A DNA stretch of 64,000 nt. Source: Candidatus Omnitrophota bacterium (lineage in GTDB: Bacteria > Omnitrophota > Gorgyraeia > Gygaellales > JBFMHM01). The notes under the pieces were generated by a model, which saw nothing but the letters and a program-made list of their open reading frames with translations, did no database searches and was not told the origin of the DNA. The stretch lies in contig JBFMHM010000001.1 in assembly GCA_040753015.1 (NCBI GenBank), positions 275,157 through 339,156 of the forward strand. The letters are read 5' to 3'. Made by a program: the position numbers and the translations under genes. Below, one piece after another: positions 21,173-29,508 of the stretch. The number at the start of each line of letters is the position of its first letter. Within the stretch, counting starts at the first letter, position 1.

Positions 21173-22891
21173 TTAAAATCTCTTAAGTGCTTGCAAATAA
21201 ACCGCTGATTTTGCACCGTCAGAAGAATCATCTCCTCCAACAGGATAACCAACATCTACTCTAAAAGTAAAATCATTGCCGAAATTAAGCCTTGTACCAA
21301 AACCTACGCCAGTAATCTCATCGTGCTTGCTTTCACCGGCCTGAGGATTCCTTAAAAATGTTTTGCCATAATCAACAAACCCAAGAAATTGAATTGTATC
21401 GCGATAAGTCCGCTTAAAAAGTGGAATATTTGCATCAGCAATAAAAGGAAGTGGAAAACGCCATTCAAAAGTAGCGCAATAGCCATAATCGCCTAAATGT
21501 TCTGACTCTGGAAAACCTCTTACCGTATCAGCACCACCTATTGAAAATTGCTCAGGAACGGTCAAAACTCTTGACGCTGTCTGCAAAGAACCTTTTATTA
21601 GAAAATTTGTACCAAAGAAAAATTGTTGAAAACGTGCAAAATCAATATTTCCTTTCACAAATTCACCGCCCGCGCCAACTCTGGAAGCCCTTGGGTCATC
21701 ACGTTTTTTTAAACCACCCATTATATTTGGCACGCCTCCAGAAACCATTAATGAATAATAATTTCTTCCTTGAAAACTATCAACAAAATCTCCAGATAAA
21801 GATGTCTTAAAAACACGCAGCTCATCATCGTTTGATACTGCTCCTAAGAGATAGTTTTTCATCTGTTTGTAATCAAACCCAAATTTAAAATCTGATGTTG
21901 CGGTAAGTGTTCTAATAAGTGGATGGCTAAGCTCTGTAGAATAAATCTTCGATTGGCCGCCGGCATCAAGTGCGCGAAATTCTCTTCGAACATTAAAATC
22001 AGACCAAGTATAATTAAAAGACAGACGGCTGCCAAAACTATCTATTGGCAAACTATAATCTGCATAAGCGAATTTTAAATTTCTCTCTGGTGACCCGCTA
22101 ACACCTCTTAAATATATTTTATCTCCCTGCAATACAGCATTGCTATATTCAAATGTTGCACCGGCTCTTTGGCGGGAAACATAACGTGAGCCGAAATTGT
22201 TATAATCAATGCCGAAATGTACAGGAAATTTATCTGAAATTTTTAGAATAAGGTCTGTAGTATACGGCTTTGCGCCTTTTTGAAGGATAGCTTTTACTTC
22301 TAAATCAGGGTAATCATCTAATACAAGCAGCGTCTTAAGCAAACGGTTATAGTGAATAACACCTTTATAAGTCGGGCGAAAATGATTAATTAGGAATTTT
22401 TTTTTATAAAACTCGTTTCCTTCAACTTTTATTTCACCCAGCCTGCCTTCAATAATTTCAATAATTATAATACCATCTTTGATATCTTGAACAGGTAAAT
22501 ATGCACGGGCTAAAAAATAACCGCGCCTTTTATAGGCATCATTAATTAAATTACATACACCTTTTAATTCCTGTAAACTAAGCTCTTTATTTGTATATTT
22601 TTTAGTTATCTTTTTAAGATAGCCAGTTTTAAAAATTGTGTTTTGGCGAAAATCAAAACTCTTAACAAAAATTTTTTTACCATCGGGAATAGCTAACTCT
22701 TCTTTTGGGATTTCTACCTCTATAGGAGAAGTAGCTGGTTCTTTTTTAAACTTTTTTTCTGCCCTGTCGAGGTCTTTCTCAACCTGCCCTGCTTTTGCAG
22801 CTCCGGGAACTGCCTGAGCAAAACAAATATTTGAACTAATTAAAAGAAAGAATAAAATATAATAAATTCTTTTTTTAAAAAATAAAAACAT
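21173..22891 (-). CDS. TpsB outer-membrane transporter (ShlB/FhaC/HecB family, POTRA + 16-strand barrel)
   Basis: 572 aa with a signal peptide, a POTRA-like N-terminal region and a C-terminal aromatic residue. Lies immediately upstream of tpsA. Confidence 0.8.
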   Translation of the reverse strand: MFLFFKKRIYYILFFLLISSNICFAQAVPGAAKAGQVEKDLDRAEKKFKKEPATSPIEVEIPKEELAIPDGKKIFVKSFDFRQNTIFKTGYLKKITKKYTNKELSLQELKGVCNLINDAYKRRGYFLARAYLPVQDIKDGIIIIEIIEGRLGEIKVEGNEFYKKKFLINHFRPTYKGVIHYNRLLKTLLVLDDYPDLEVKAILQKGAKPYTTDLILKISDKFPVHFGIDYNNFGSRYVSRQRAGATFEYSNAVLQGDKIYLRGVSGSPERNLKFAYADYSLPIDSFGSRLSFNYTWSDFNVRREFRALDAGGQSKIYSTELSHPLIRTLTATSDFKFGFDYKQMKNYLLGAVSNDDELRVFKTSLSGDFVDSFQGRNYYSLMVSGGVPNIMGGLKKRDDPRASRVGAGGEFVKGNIDFARFQQFFFGTNFLIKGSLQTASRVLTVPEQFSIGGADTVRGFPESEHLGDYGYCATFEWRFPLPFIADANIPLFKRTYRDTIQFLGFVDYGKTFLRNPQAGESKHDEITGVGFGTRLNFGNDFTFRVDVGYPVGGDDSSDGAKSAVYLQALKRF

Positions 22892-22927
22892 TTTTACCTC
22901 ATTTTTTAAAAAACAATTAATAATTAT

Positions 22928-23209
22928 TTATTGTTTTTCGGTGTTAACGGTAATTTCTTTCGGAGCATTCTGCATCAGAGACTTACTTCTTTGTGCCGAG
23001 ACAAATGCCAACAAAAGGCATGTAATAAGAAATAATGACGCAAGAATAGTTGTTGTCTTAGTTAAAAAAGAGCTTGTCTTCGTCCCAAATATAGATTCAA
23101 CTCCAGATAAATTTTCAACTAACCCCCCGCCTCTGCCTGCCTGAATAAGAATTATCGCGATCAGTAAAACACAAGCTATTAAATGAAAAAAAATCAAAAC
23201 TCCATACAT
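22928..23209 (-). CDS. secG: Preprotein translocase subunit SecG
   Basis: 93 aa, two TM helices with the glycine-rich QAGRGGGL motif. Confidence 0.8.
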   Translation of the reverse strand: MYGVLIFFHLIACVLLIAIILIQAGRGGGLVENLSGVESIFGTKTSSFLTKTTTILASLFLITCLLLAFVSAQRSKSLMQNAPKEITVNTEKQ

Positions 23210-23211
23210 TT

Positions 23212-23976
23212 CTACTGCACTCCTTTAGAATTATTAACTATTTCAATAAAATTTTTTGCATCAAGGCTTGCCCCTCCAACAAGCGCACCATCAATATCGG
23301 GCTGACTAATCAATTCTTTTATATTTGCTGGTTTTACTGAACCGCCATATTGAATTCTTATAATTTGAGCAGTCGTATCACCAAAATTCTTCACTAACAG
23401 CTCCCTAATAAATTTATGCACCTCTTGTGCCTGGGCACTGGTTGCAGTTTTTCCTGTCCCAATTGCCCATACTGGTTCATAAGCAATAACTAAATTTTGA
23501 ACATCCTCTTTAGTTAAATCTTTTAAACCACCTTCAACCTGTGTGCGTATTATATCTAAAGTTAGATTTTTCTCTCTTTGATTTAGATTCTCACCAACGC
23601 AAAAAATTGGAGTTAAACCAATTTTCAATGCTGCTTTAATTTTCTTATTAATTGTTTCGTCAGACTCACCAAAAAATTGCCTTCGCTCAGAATGGCCTAT
23701 GATTACATTTTCTACACCAAGCTCCTTTAACATTTGCCCTGAAATTTCGCCAGTATAAGCGCCTGAAATTTCCCAATGCATATTTTGAGCGCCAAGCTTA
23801 ATATTAGACGAATTAAGCATATCGGCAATTGTTTCCAACGCAGTAAAAGGCGGGCATACTACAATCTCAACATTATCAATTTCATAAAGCGAACGATTTA
23901 ATTCATTAACTAACTCGACCGCCTCTTTGACAGTTTTATTCATCTTCCAATTTCCAGCAATAATCACCTTACGCAT
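23212..23976 (-). CDS. tpiA: Triosephosphate isomerase
   Basis: 254 aa with TIM motifs (AYEPVWAIGTG, IQYGGSV). Confidence 0.95.
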   Translation of the reverse strand: MRKVIIAGNWKMNKTVKEAVELVNELNRSLYEIDNVEIVVCPPFTALETIADMLNSSNIKLGAQNMHWEISGAYTGEISGQMLKELGVENVIIGHSERRQFFGESDETINKKIKAALKIGLTPIFCVGENLNQREKNLTLDIIRTQVEGGLKDLTKEDVQNLVIAYEPVWAIGTGKTATSAQAQEVHKFIRELLVKNFGDTTAQIIRIQYGGSVKPANIKELISQPDIDGALVGGASLDAKNFIEIVNNSKGVQ

Positions 23977-23982
23977 AATTCG

Positions 23983-24014
23983 TTCTCCAGTTCTTCAGTT
24001 CTTCGGTTCTCCAG
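23983..24014 (+). repeat. Left arm of the four-helix-bundle cassette: 4 tandem 8-mers GTTCNNCA
   Basis: GTTCTCCA GTTCTTCA GTTCTTCG GTTCTCCA. Overlaps the 3' end of the four-helix-bundle ORF. Confidence 0.8.
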
Positions 24015-24375
24015 CTATTTGAATATTAGAATTTCTGATTAAACCATTAATTAGCTTTGCCGTCTTATTACTTTGCTCATAAACATTATCAAACTCAATC
24101 CTAGATAACATATCACAATCTAAAACTACATATAAATGACTTTGAAGTTCTGAAATAGAACCTTTCGCCATTGTAAAAAACTGTTTGCTATCCTTAAAAG
24201 AATATCGTCCGAATCCTTCGCTTATGTTTGCCATAATAGAAACTGCGGCCCTTTGAATTTGATTTGCTAAACCAAAATCTTTAAAATCATTTTTTTTAGT
24301 AATATTATATATCATTTTAACTAATTTTCTTGCTTCCTGCCATGCAATCAAATCTTCAAATTTTTGAATTTTCAT
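23995..24375 (-). CDS. Four-helix-bundle protein (TIGR02436-type, '23S rRNA intervening-sequence protein' family)
   Basis: 126 aa. ...AWQEARKLVKMIYNITKK...QIQRAAVSIMANISEGFGR...SISELQSHL is the diagnostic motif set of this family. Confidence 0.8.
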   Translation of the reverse strand: MKIQKFEDLIAWQEARKLVKMIYNITKKNDFKDFGLANQIQRAAVSIMANISEGFGRYSFKDSKQFFTMAKGSISELQSHLYVVLDCDMLSRIEFDNVYEQSNKTAKLINGLIRNSNIQIAGEPKN

Positions 24376-24378
24376 AAC

Positions 24379-24410
24379 TGACGAACTGGCGAACTGGCGA
24401 ACTCAAGAAC
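24379..24410 (+). repeat. Right arm of the four-helix-bundle cassette: 4 tandem 8-mers TGNNGAAC, inverted relative to the left arm
   Basis: TGACGAAC TGGCGAAC TGGCGAAC TCAAGAAC. Overlaps the pgk stop codon. Confidence 0.8.
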
Positions 24411-25587
24411 GCTTTTCTGTTAATGCTTCCACTCCGGGGAGTTTTTTGCCTTCTAAAAACTCTAAGCTTGCTCCTCCGCCAGTTGAAATATGCGTCATTT
24501 TATCAGCTAATCCGAATTTGAGAATCGCTGCAGCCGTATCTCCACCGCCAATAATTGTTGTTGCACCTGTTTTTGAAATAAACTCTGCGATTTCCTTTGA
24601 GCCTTTCGCAAATTGTTCTATTTCAAATAACCCAAGAGGCCCATTCCAAACAATTGTTGCAGCATTTTTTAAAACAGCTTCGAAATTTTTTACTGTCTTT
24701 GGCCCAATGTCTAAGGCAATATCATCGTCACCAATTTTTTCAACTGTTCTTGCAATAGCTGCTGCGTCAACCTTATCGCTAACAATGTGATCAACTGGTA
24801 AGTGAATATTTACATTAACTTTCTTTGCGTCCTCTAATATTTTTTTGGCAATATCTACCTTATCAGCTTCAAGTTTTGATTTCCCAATATTTTGGCCTAG
24901 CGACTTTAAAAATGTGTAGCTCATCCCTCCGCCAATAATAATATCTGAGGCTTTATTTAAGAGATTGCCAATAATTGCAATTTTATCACTTACTTTTGCG
25001 CCACCTAAAATTACCATAAATGGTTTTTTAGGATTAGTTACTACGCTTCCTAAATATTTAATTTCTTTACCTAAAAGAAACCCCGCAACTGAAGGCAAAT
25101 AATGCGTTACGCCTTCGGTTGAAGCATGCGCACGATGAGCTGTTCCAAAAGCATCATTAACAAATATATCTGCCAGCGAAGCTAACTGCTTTGCAAATTC
25201 AGGATTATTCTCCTCTTCTTCAGCGTGAAACCGTAAATTTTCTAAAAGAATCACGCGCTCTTTCGAATTATTGATCTCTTTTTTAATTTCCTCGCCAATG
25301 CAATCTTTGAGCTGTAAGACTGGTTCTTTTAAAATTTCACTTAGCCTTTTTGAAACAGGCACTAAACGCGCTTTTTCTAAAACCTTCCCGTCTGGCCTGC
25401 CTAAGTGGCTCATTAAAATTATTTTTTTTGCTTTGCTCTCTTCAATATATTTTATCGTTGGAATTGACGCCTGAATTCTTGTATCATCCGTAATATTCAA
25501 ATTCGCATCCAGCGGTACATTAAAATCACATCTAACTAAGACTTTTTTTTCTTTTAAATCAATATCCCTAATTGTTAACTTATCCAT
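24403..25587 (-). CDS. pgk: Phosphoglycerate kinase
   Basis: 394 aa with PGK motifs (RCDFNVPLD, GGGASLEFLEGK). Confidence 0.95.
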   Translation of the reverse strand: MDKLTIRDIDLKEKKVLVRCDFNVPLDANLNITDDTRIQASIPTIKYIEESKAKKIILMSHLGRPDGKVLEKARLVPVSKRLSEILKEPVLQLKDCIGEEIKKEINNSKERVILLENLRFHAEEEENNPEFAKQLASLADIFVNDAFGTAHRAHASTEGVTHYLPSVAGFLLGKEIKYLGSVVTNPKKPFMVILGGAKVSDKIAIIGNLLNKASDIIIGGGMSYTFLKSLGQNIGKSKLEADKVDIAKKILEDAKKVNVNIHLPVDHIVSDKVDAAAIARTVEKIGDDDIALDIGPKTVKNFEAVLKNAATIVWNGPLGLFEIEQFAKGSKEIAEFISKTGATTIIGGGDTAAAILKFGLADKMTHISTGGGASLEFLEGKKLPGVEALTEKRS

Positions 25588-25627
25588 TAACTATCTGCTC
25601 CTTGTATTATTTTTTATACTTAAACTG
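25588..25627 (+). repeat. 40-bp direct repeat, copy 1 (contains the pgk RBS)
   Basis: taactatctgctccttgtattattttttatacttaaactg, identical to 27187-27226. Confidence 0.9.
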
Positions 25628-25628
25628 T

Positions 25629-25964
25629 TTATATTACTTCCGGTTTTGTTAAACGTTGTTCGTGATTATCAATAACGGTAGAGAGTTTTTTATAGGTTTC
25701 TTCTTGTTTAATCTTTACGCCATTTACTTGATGACTGATATCCATCACAGCCATTTTAACGCTATTAAGCTCAGATTCAATTCTAAGAAAACTTTTATCG
25801 TGTTCTTCTAATTTTCTAATAATAGAACTATGTTGTTCGCCAATCAATTTAATACCTTTATTCATTTCTTCCAGCAACACATTTGTTTCACGTTGAGAGT
25901 CATATTCAACAGAAGGTTTTTCAAGCTTGGTATTTTTTTTATTTTTCATTACTTCCTCCGACAA
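25629..25964 (-). CDS. Hypothetical coiled-coil protein (111 aa)
   Basis: ORF with charged, heptad-like composition. No recognisable family. Confidence 0.4.
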   Translation of the reverse strand: MSEEVMKNKKNTKLEKPSVEYDSQRETNVLLEEMNKGIKLIGEQHSSIIRKLEEHDKSFLRIESELNSVKMAVMDISHQVNGVKIKQEETYKKLSTVIDNHEQRLTKPEVI

Positions 25965-26146
25965 ATTAAATCACAATTTAATACAAATATATCAAAACAT
26001 AATTTTAGCTTTTTCATCAGCTTTTCCTTTGGCACAAAACGGAGAAACATTTAGTTACTCATAATTATAACATAAGAATTAAATCATAGTTGAAAATTTT
26101 ATCCGCATCAATCATTTTCTTCTTATTTTCTCAATAAACTTCCCTA

Positions 26147-26257
26147 TTACACTTTTACGGCCAAATCATTCTCTAAATATCCCTCCAATCTATACCTGTC
26201 TCTTTCATTTAAATGTTTGTATTTACTTTTTCTAGTGCTACAATTTAACTGCTCCAT
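26147..26257 (-). pseudogene. IS30-family transposase, N-terminal HTH fragment (remnant)
   Basis: MEQLNCSTRKSKYKHLNERDRYRLEGYLENDLAVKV*. K-x-K-H-L-x-x-E-R-x-x-I-E resembles the IS30 transposase HTH_38 N-terminus (KHLTLEERYQIE...). The ORF stops after 36 aa and no DDE domain follows. Confidence 0.45.
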
Positions 26258-26440
26258 ATGCTCTCCTGTTTTTTGTTGGTTTGCTTACTTACAAAATAAC
26301 AGGTTTTGTAATGCGCAAATGAAGGAAGCATGAAAGGAATGATATGTGAAGTTTGGGTTGCATTACGAGGGCCTCCTATTCGGCACACAGGGCGTCATAA
26401 AAGTTCGTTAACCTTAATTTATCTAATTCGGTAATTTTTT

Positions 26441-26587
26441 AAGTTTTATATGGTATTTGTTAATGGCTGCTTGGGCTTCTTCATGGATTTTTAATATAAA
26501 CTCTCGCGATGATAAATTTTTAGTTTCTTCGTAATGTTTTTCTCTAATTTCATGAATTTCCTGCATTGGTTTTGGTTCTTTGTGCAT
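26441..26587 (-). CDS. Small protein (49 aa) translationally coupled to the PIN gene (possible cognate antitoxin, atypical downstream position)
   Basis: MHKEPKPMQEIHEIREKHYEETKNLSSREFILKIHEEAQAAINKQIPYKT. Its ATG overlaps the PIN stop (TAATG). Below the 60-aa cutoff of the ORF table. Confidence 0.4.
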
Positions 26588-27057
26588 TAAATTACCTCCT
26601 CAGGTGAAACAACTTCGATAGGTTTGTATCCCAAAAGATTATTAACAGCAACAACTCCTATCTTTGTTTTTAGCTTTACCATATGTTGAAAATTCCAACT
26701 AACCACAACATCTAAATTATTTACAGACGCAATAGCTATGTGCAATGCATCGTCGCTATATTTAACGGGGAAAAGCTTTTCATCAACATATTTATCAGCA
26801 AGTTCCTTTGTTTGATCGTCAATAGGCAAAGCTTTGAGATTTAACTTACTAACTAAACTATGCAACAATTCAGCTTTTTCTTTTGGAGCACGATTAATTT
26901 CTGCAATAACTAATTCGGAAATATAACAATCAAATTTCTCTTGTTTTATCTGCTCAAGCAAATTTAAAGTTGCTGTTTTATGCACAGTTAATGATGGATC
27001 ATTAGTTAATGCAAAATTTAATACCGATGTATCTAAATACAGTTTAAATTTTTTCAT
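26587..27057 (-). CDS. PIN-domain ribonuclease (VapC-like toxin)
   Basis: 156 aa. N-terminal LYLDTSVL with acidic residues spaced as in a PIN domain. Confidence 0.65.
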   Translation of the reverse strand: MKKFKLYLDTSVLNFALTNDPSLTVHKTATLNLLEQIKQEKFDCYISELVIAEINRAPKEKAELLHSLVSKLNLKALPIDDQTKELADKYVDEKLFPVKYSDDALHIAIASVNNLDVVVSWNFQHMVKLKTKIGVVAVNNLLGYKPIEVVSPEEVI

Positions 27058-27186
27058 TAAAAATAATTATAACATAAAATAAAAAATAATGGGTAAAAAT
27101 TTTATGAAAAGCGAAAGTTAGAGATCATTTAATTTAAACATAACTCCTTGCAATAAAATAAGTTACGCAGAAACGACACCGGTTAC

Positions 27187-27226
27187 TAACTATCTGCTCC
27201 TTGTATTATTTTTTATACTTAAACTG
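27187..27226 (+). repeat. 40-bp direct repeat, copy 2
   Basis: Identical 40-mer. Overlaps the last 8 nt of ORF 27219-27794. Confidence 0.9.
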
Positions 27227-27794
27227 CTGATTGCACCGCGAAAAGCGCAACCCCTTGATTATTATTTTCGTTCAACTCTGAAATTACATCACTAGAATCA
27301 ATCATTACAGCAATATCATATTGGCCAGGAGGCAAACGGTCGGTTTCACCAAGAAAGAAATAAAATTCGTAAGCAAAACTTTGGCCTGGCCTTATCGGAT
27401 TCGCTGGAATATGGTTAGCATTAAATTCTCTTGCCGGAAACCCTGGTAAGCTCGCTCGTATTATATACGCACTTGCCACAGGCGCATTACCTCTATTGAC
27501 AACCCTAACTCCAAGTGGAAAACCTGCCATTCTATCCGTAACATTGCCTCTAACCCACGCTGATTCTACAGCTAGATCTGCTCTTAGATTTTGTTCTACG
27601 GATTGAACTGAAACTTGCTGTACCCTTCTTGGGTCTATAACTAACTTCTTATTCTGTTGTTTAGACATGTCCCTTAGTTGCTCTTTGGATCCAGCAAATA
27701 AGTTAATTGCAAAACAAATACTTATAACCACCGAAAACAACACTATCCTTTTATATATCGACATCTTTTCCTCCTTTATTTTTAATCTGCACAA
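27219..27794 (-). CDS. Secreted CARDB-like domain protein
   Basis: 191 aa. Signal anchor and C-terminal D..V.E.NE.NN motif (DVISELNENNNQG) typical of CARDB domains. Confidence 0.45.
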   Translation of the reverse strand: MCRLKIKEEKMSIYKRIVLFSVVISICFAINLFAGSKEQLRDMSKQQNKKLVIDPRRVQQVSVQSVEQNLRADLAVESAWVRGNVTDRMAGFPLGVRVVNRGNAPVASAYIIRASLPGFPAREFNANHIPANPIRPGQSFAYEFYFFLGETDRLPPGQYDIAVMIDSSDVISELNENNNQGVALFAVQSAV

Positions 27795-28921
27795 AGATCT
27801 GTATCTCCTATCGCAGGATTTACTACGTATTCAAAGGTAAACCTAGTACCGGCCACAGAACTAATAATTCTAATTTTAGCATATCTTCCTCCGTTTGTTT
27901 TAAAAACAAATCTGGAATCATCTGCGGGCAGAGCACCATCAGCAGTAGCAGTAATTGTGTATTGGCCTGCATTACAAATTGAAGCATATGCATCGGCTAC
28001 GGGAGCAGCTGTAATTCTTGCTGCACCAACCGTTGTAGGCGCACCTAACACGCCAAAATAAAAATCTCCTTGGCTAGTAGTATTATACTTAATAGTTTGC
28101 GTATCAAAATCGAACGAATCTGTATTAGCAGTATAACGCAAAGTTATTGTTCCCGAAACAAGATTTACTGTGCCGGGCTTCGCTTCTGAAGATACGGTAA
28201 ACGGAACAGTAACTGTCTCTGCATTATATACATCGCCGCTGGCTATGGTTACCTCATTATTTAAGTTAGGCAGAAAGACAATAAGCTCGCCTCTAACACT
28301 GCAGATTTTATTATCCTTGGAGAAACAGATAATAATTTTATCGCGCCGGCTTCTCCATTGGGTTTGGCCAAGGAAGATAATGTTTTCTACATCAACACTT
28401 AGGCAGTCGCCTACTTTTCTGCAAGGAGGGATTAGGTTTATTGTCCTATTATTGGACATTCTAAAGGCATCTTCTAGGTATCTTGCAAATTCGGCTTTAC
28501 TATAGTTTGTTTGCCCAAATGTATAGCTGAATTCTTCACAAAGCATATCTAGAGCCCTGGGGTTTCCTTGTGAGATTAATTGAAGGAATTTATTTATGAT
28601 TTCGCATCTATCGGTTTGTTCATCTATTCCTTCCATAACTAGAGGCTGCCTGCTTTCTTCAAGACGGGCTTGGCTAACCCAGGAACTATCTGCTTCTTCT
28701 AATTTATCGGCCTTGGTTCTTATGATATCACCACTTTCTTTGATGTTTACACCTTCCCCAGAAGTTACAACCTTTTCTTTTCCATAGGCCTCTTTATCTT
28801 TTATTGCTTGTACTCCAACCATACCCTTATAAACACTTACTTTGGTTTCATAGGCAGAGAAACAAACAGTAGTGAGAAACAAGAAAAACAATATAAAATT
28901 AAACAGAAGTTTTGGTTTCAT
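27782..28921 (-). CDS. Hypothetical secreted protein (379 aa)
   Basis: Signal peptide. Cys-containing N-terminal half, beta-rich T/S/G C-terminal half. Start overlaps the downstream gene. Confidence 0.4.
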   Translation of the reverse strand: MKPKLLFNFILFFLFLTTVCFSAYETKVSVYKGMVGVQAIKDKEAYGKEKVVTSGEGVNIKESGDIIRTKADKLEEADSSWVSQARLEESRQPLVMEGIDEQTDRCEIINKFLQLISQGNPRALDMLCEEFSYTFGQTNYSKAEFARYLEDAFRMSNNRTINLIPPCRKVGDCLSVDVENIIFLGQTQWRSRRDKIIICFSKDNKICSVRGELIVFLPNLNNEVTIASGDVYNAETVTVPFTVSSEAKPGTVNLVSGTITLRYTANTDSFDFDTQTIKYNTTSQGDFYFGVLGAPTTVGAARITAAPVADAYASICNAGQYTITATADGALPADDSRFVFKTNGGRYAKIRIISSVAGTRFTFEYVVNPAIGDTDLCAD

Positions 28922-29508
28922 TGAAATCGCCCCTCTTTCAACCGTAAGGGTACAGTTATTTGCTGGCCGTCAAGAGTGCCGCTGTATAACGTAATAATTC
29001 CGTCATAATTGGCTAAGCCAAAAATTAAATCTCCGGTAATCTCTTTAAGCCTTAAAACATAGCCAAAATCTTTTCCTGTATCGGCCTTAATAAATACAAG
29101 GTTTGTTGTCCCGCGCGAGAGCCACATCTGTGCAGTTGCAGAAATAACTACAGACCTATTCCATTCAACAACAAGCGTAATTTCAGAATTATCATCAGAA
29201 ACAATCTGTTCTTTTACTCCTGTAATATACAAATTAATATTTTGAAAATTTCTAAAATCATACTTTAAAGCTGCAGCTAAATCTGCCAAACTATACCCGC
29301 GGGAATCAGAAAAATTTATATCAATGTTTGCAATAAAATTATCTAAGTCTTCTTTTGAATAATAATCAATCAAGCTGCTTAAGGTATTCTTTGCCTCAGT
29401 TCCAAGGGTTAAATTTTTACCTGCGGCAAAACATGTCATCATATACAATGACGGAACCACACCGACAAATAATAAAATTATCAATATCAATAATATTCTT
29501 TTCATCAA
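28918..29508 (-). CDS. Hypothetical exported protein (196 aa)
   Basis: N-terminal hydrophobic signal. Overlapping start/stop with both neighbours (operon). Confidence 0.4.
   Translation of the reverse strand: MMKRILLILIILLFVGVVPSLYMMTCFAAGKNLTLGTEAKNTLSSLIDYYSKEDLDNFIANIDINFSDSRGYSLADLAAALKYDFRNFQNINLYITGVKEQIVSDDNSEITLVVEWNRSVVISATAQMWLSRGTTNLVFIKADTGKDFGYVLRLKEITGDLIFGLANYDGIITLYSGTLDGQQITVPLRLKEGRFQ

Noticed and set aside
26283-26440. Moderately GC-rich stretch (gaagtttgggttgcattacgagggcctcctattcggcacacagggcgtcat) examined as a possible tRNA or ncRNA
   Set aside because: No T-loop (GTTCRANYC) and no cloverleaf could be drawn. Small plus- and minus-strand ORFs here are under 35 aa without RBS. 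It is more likely decayed IS30-element sequence.
27121-27160. 7-codon ORF (MFKLNDL*) behind a good AAGGAG RBS upstream of the PIN gene
   Set aside because: Too short and unconserved. It is most likely a fortuitous RBS in AT-rich spacer.
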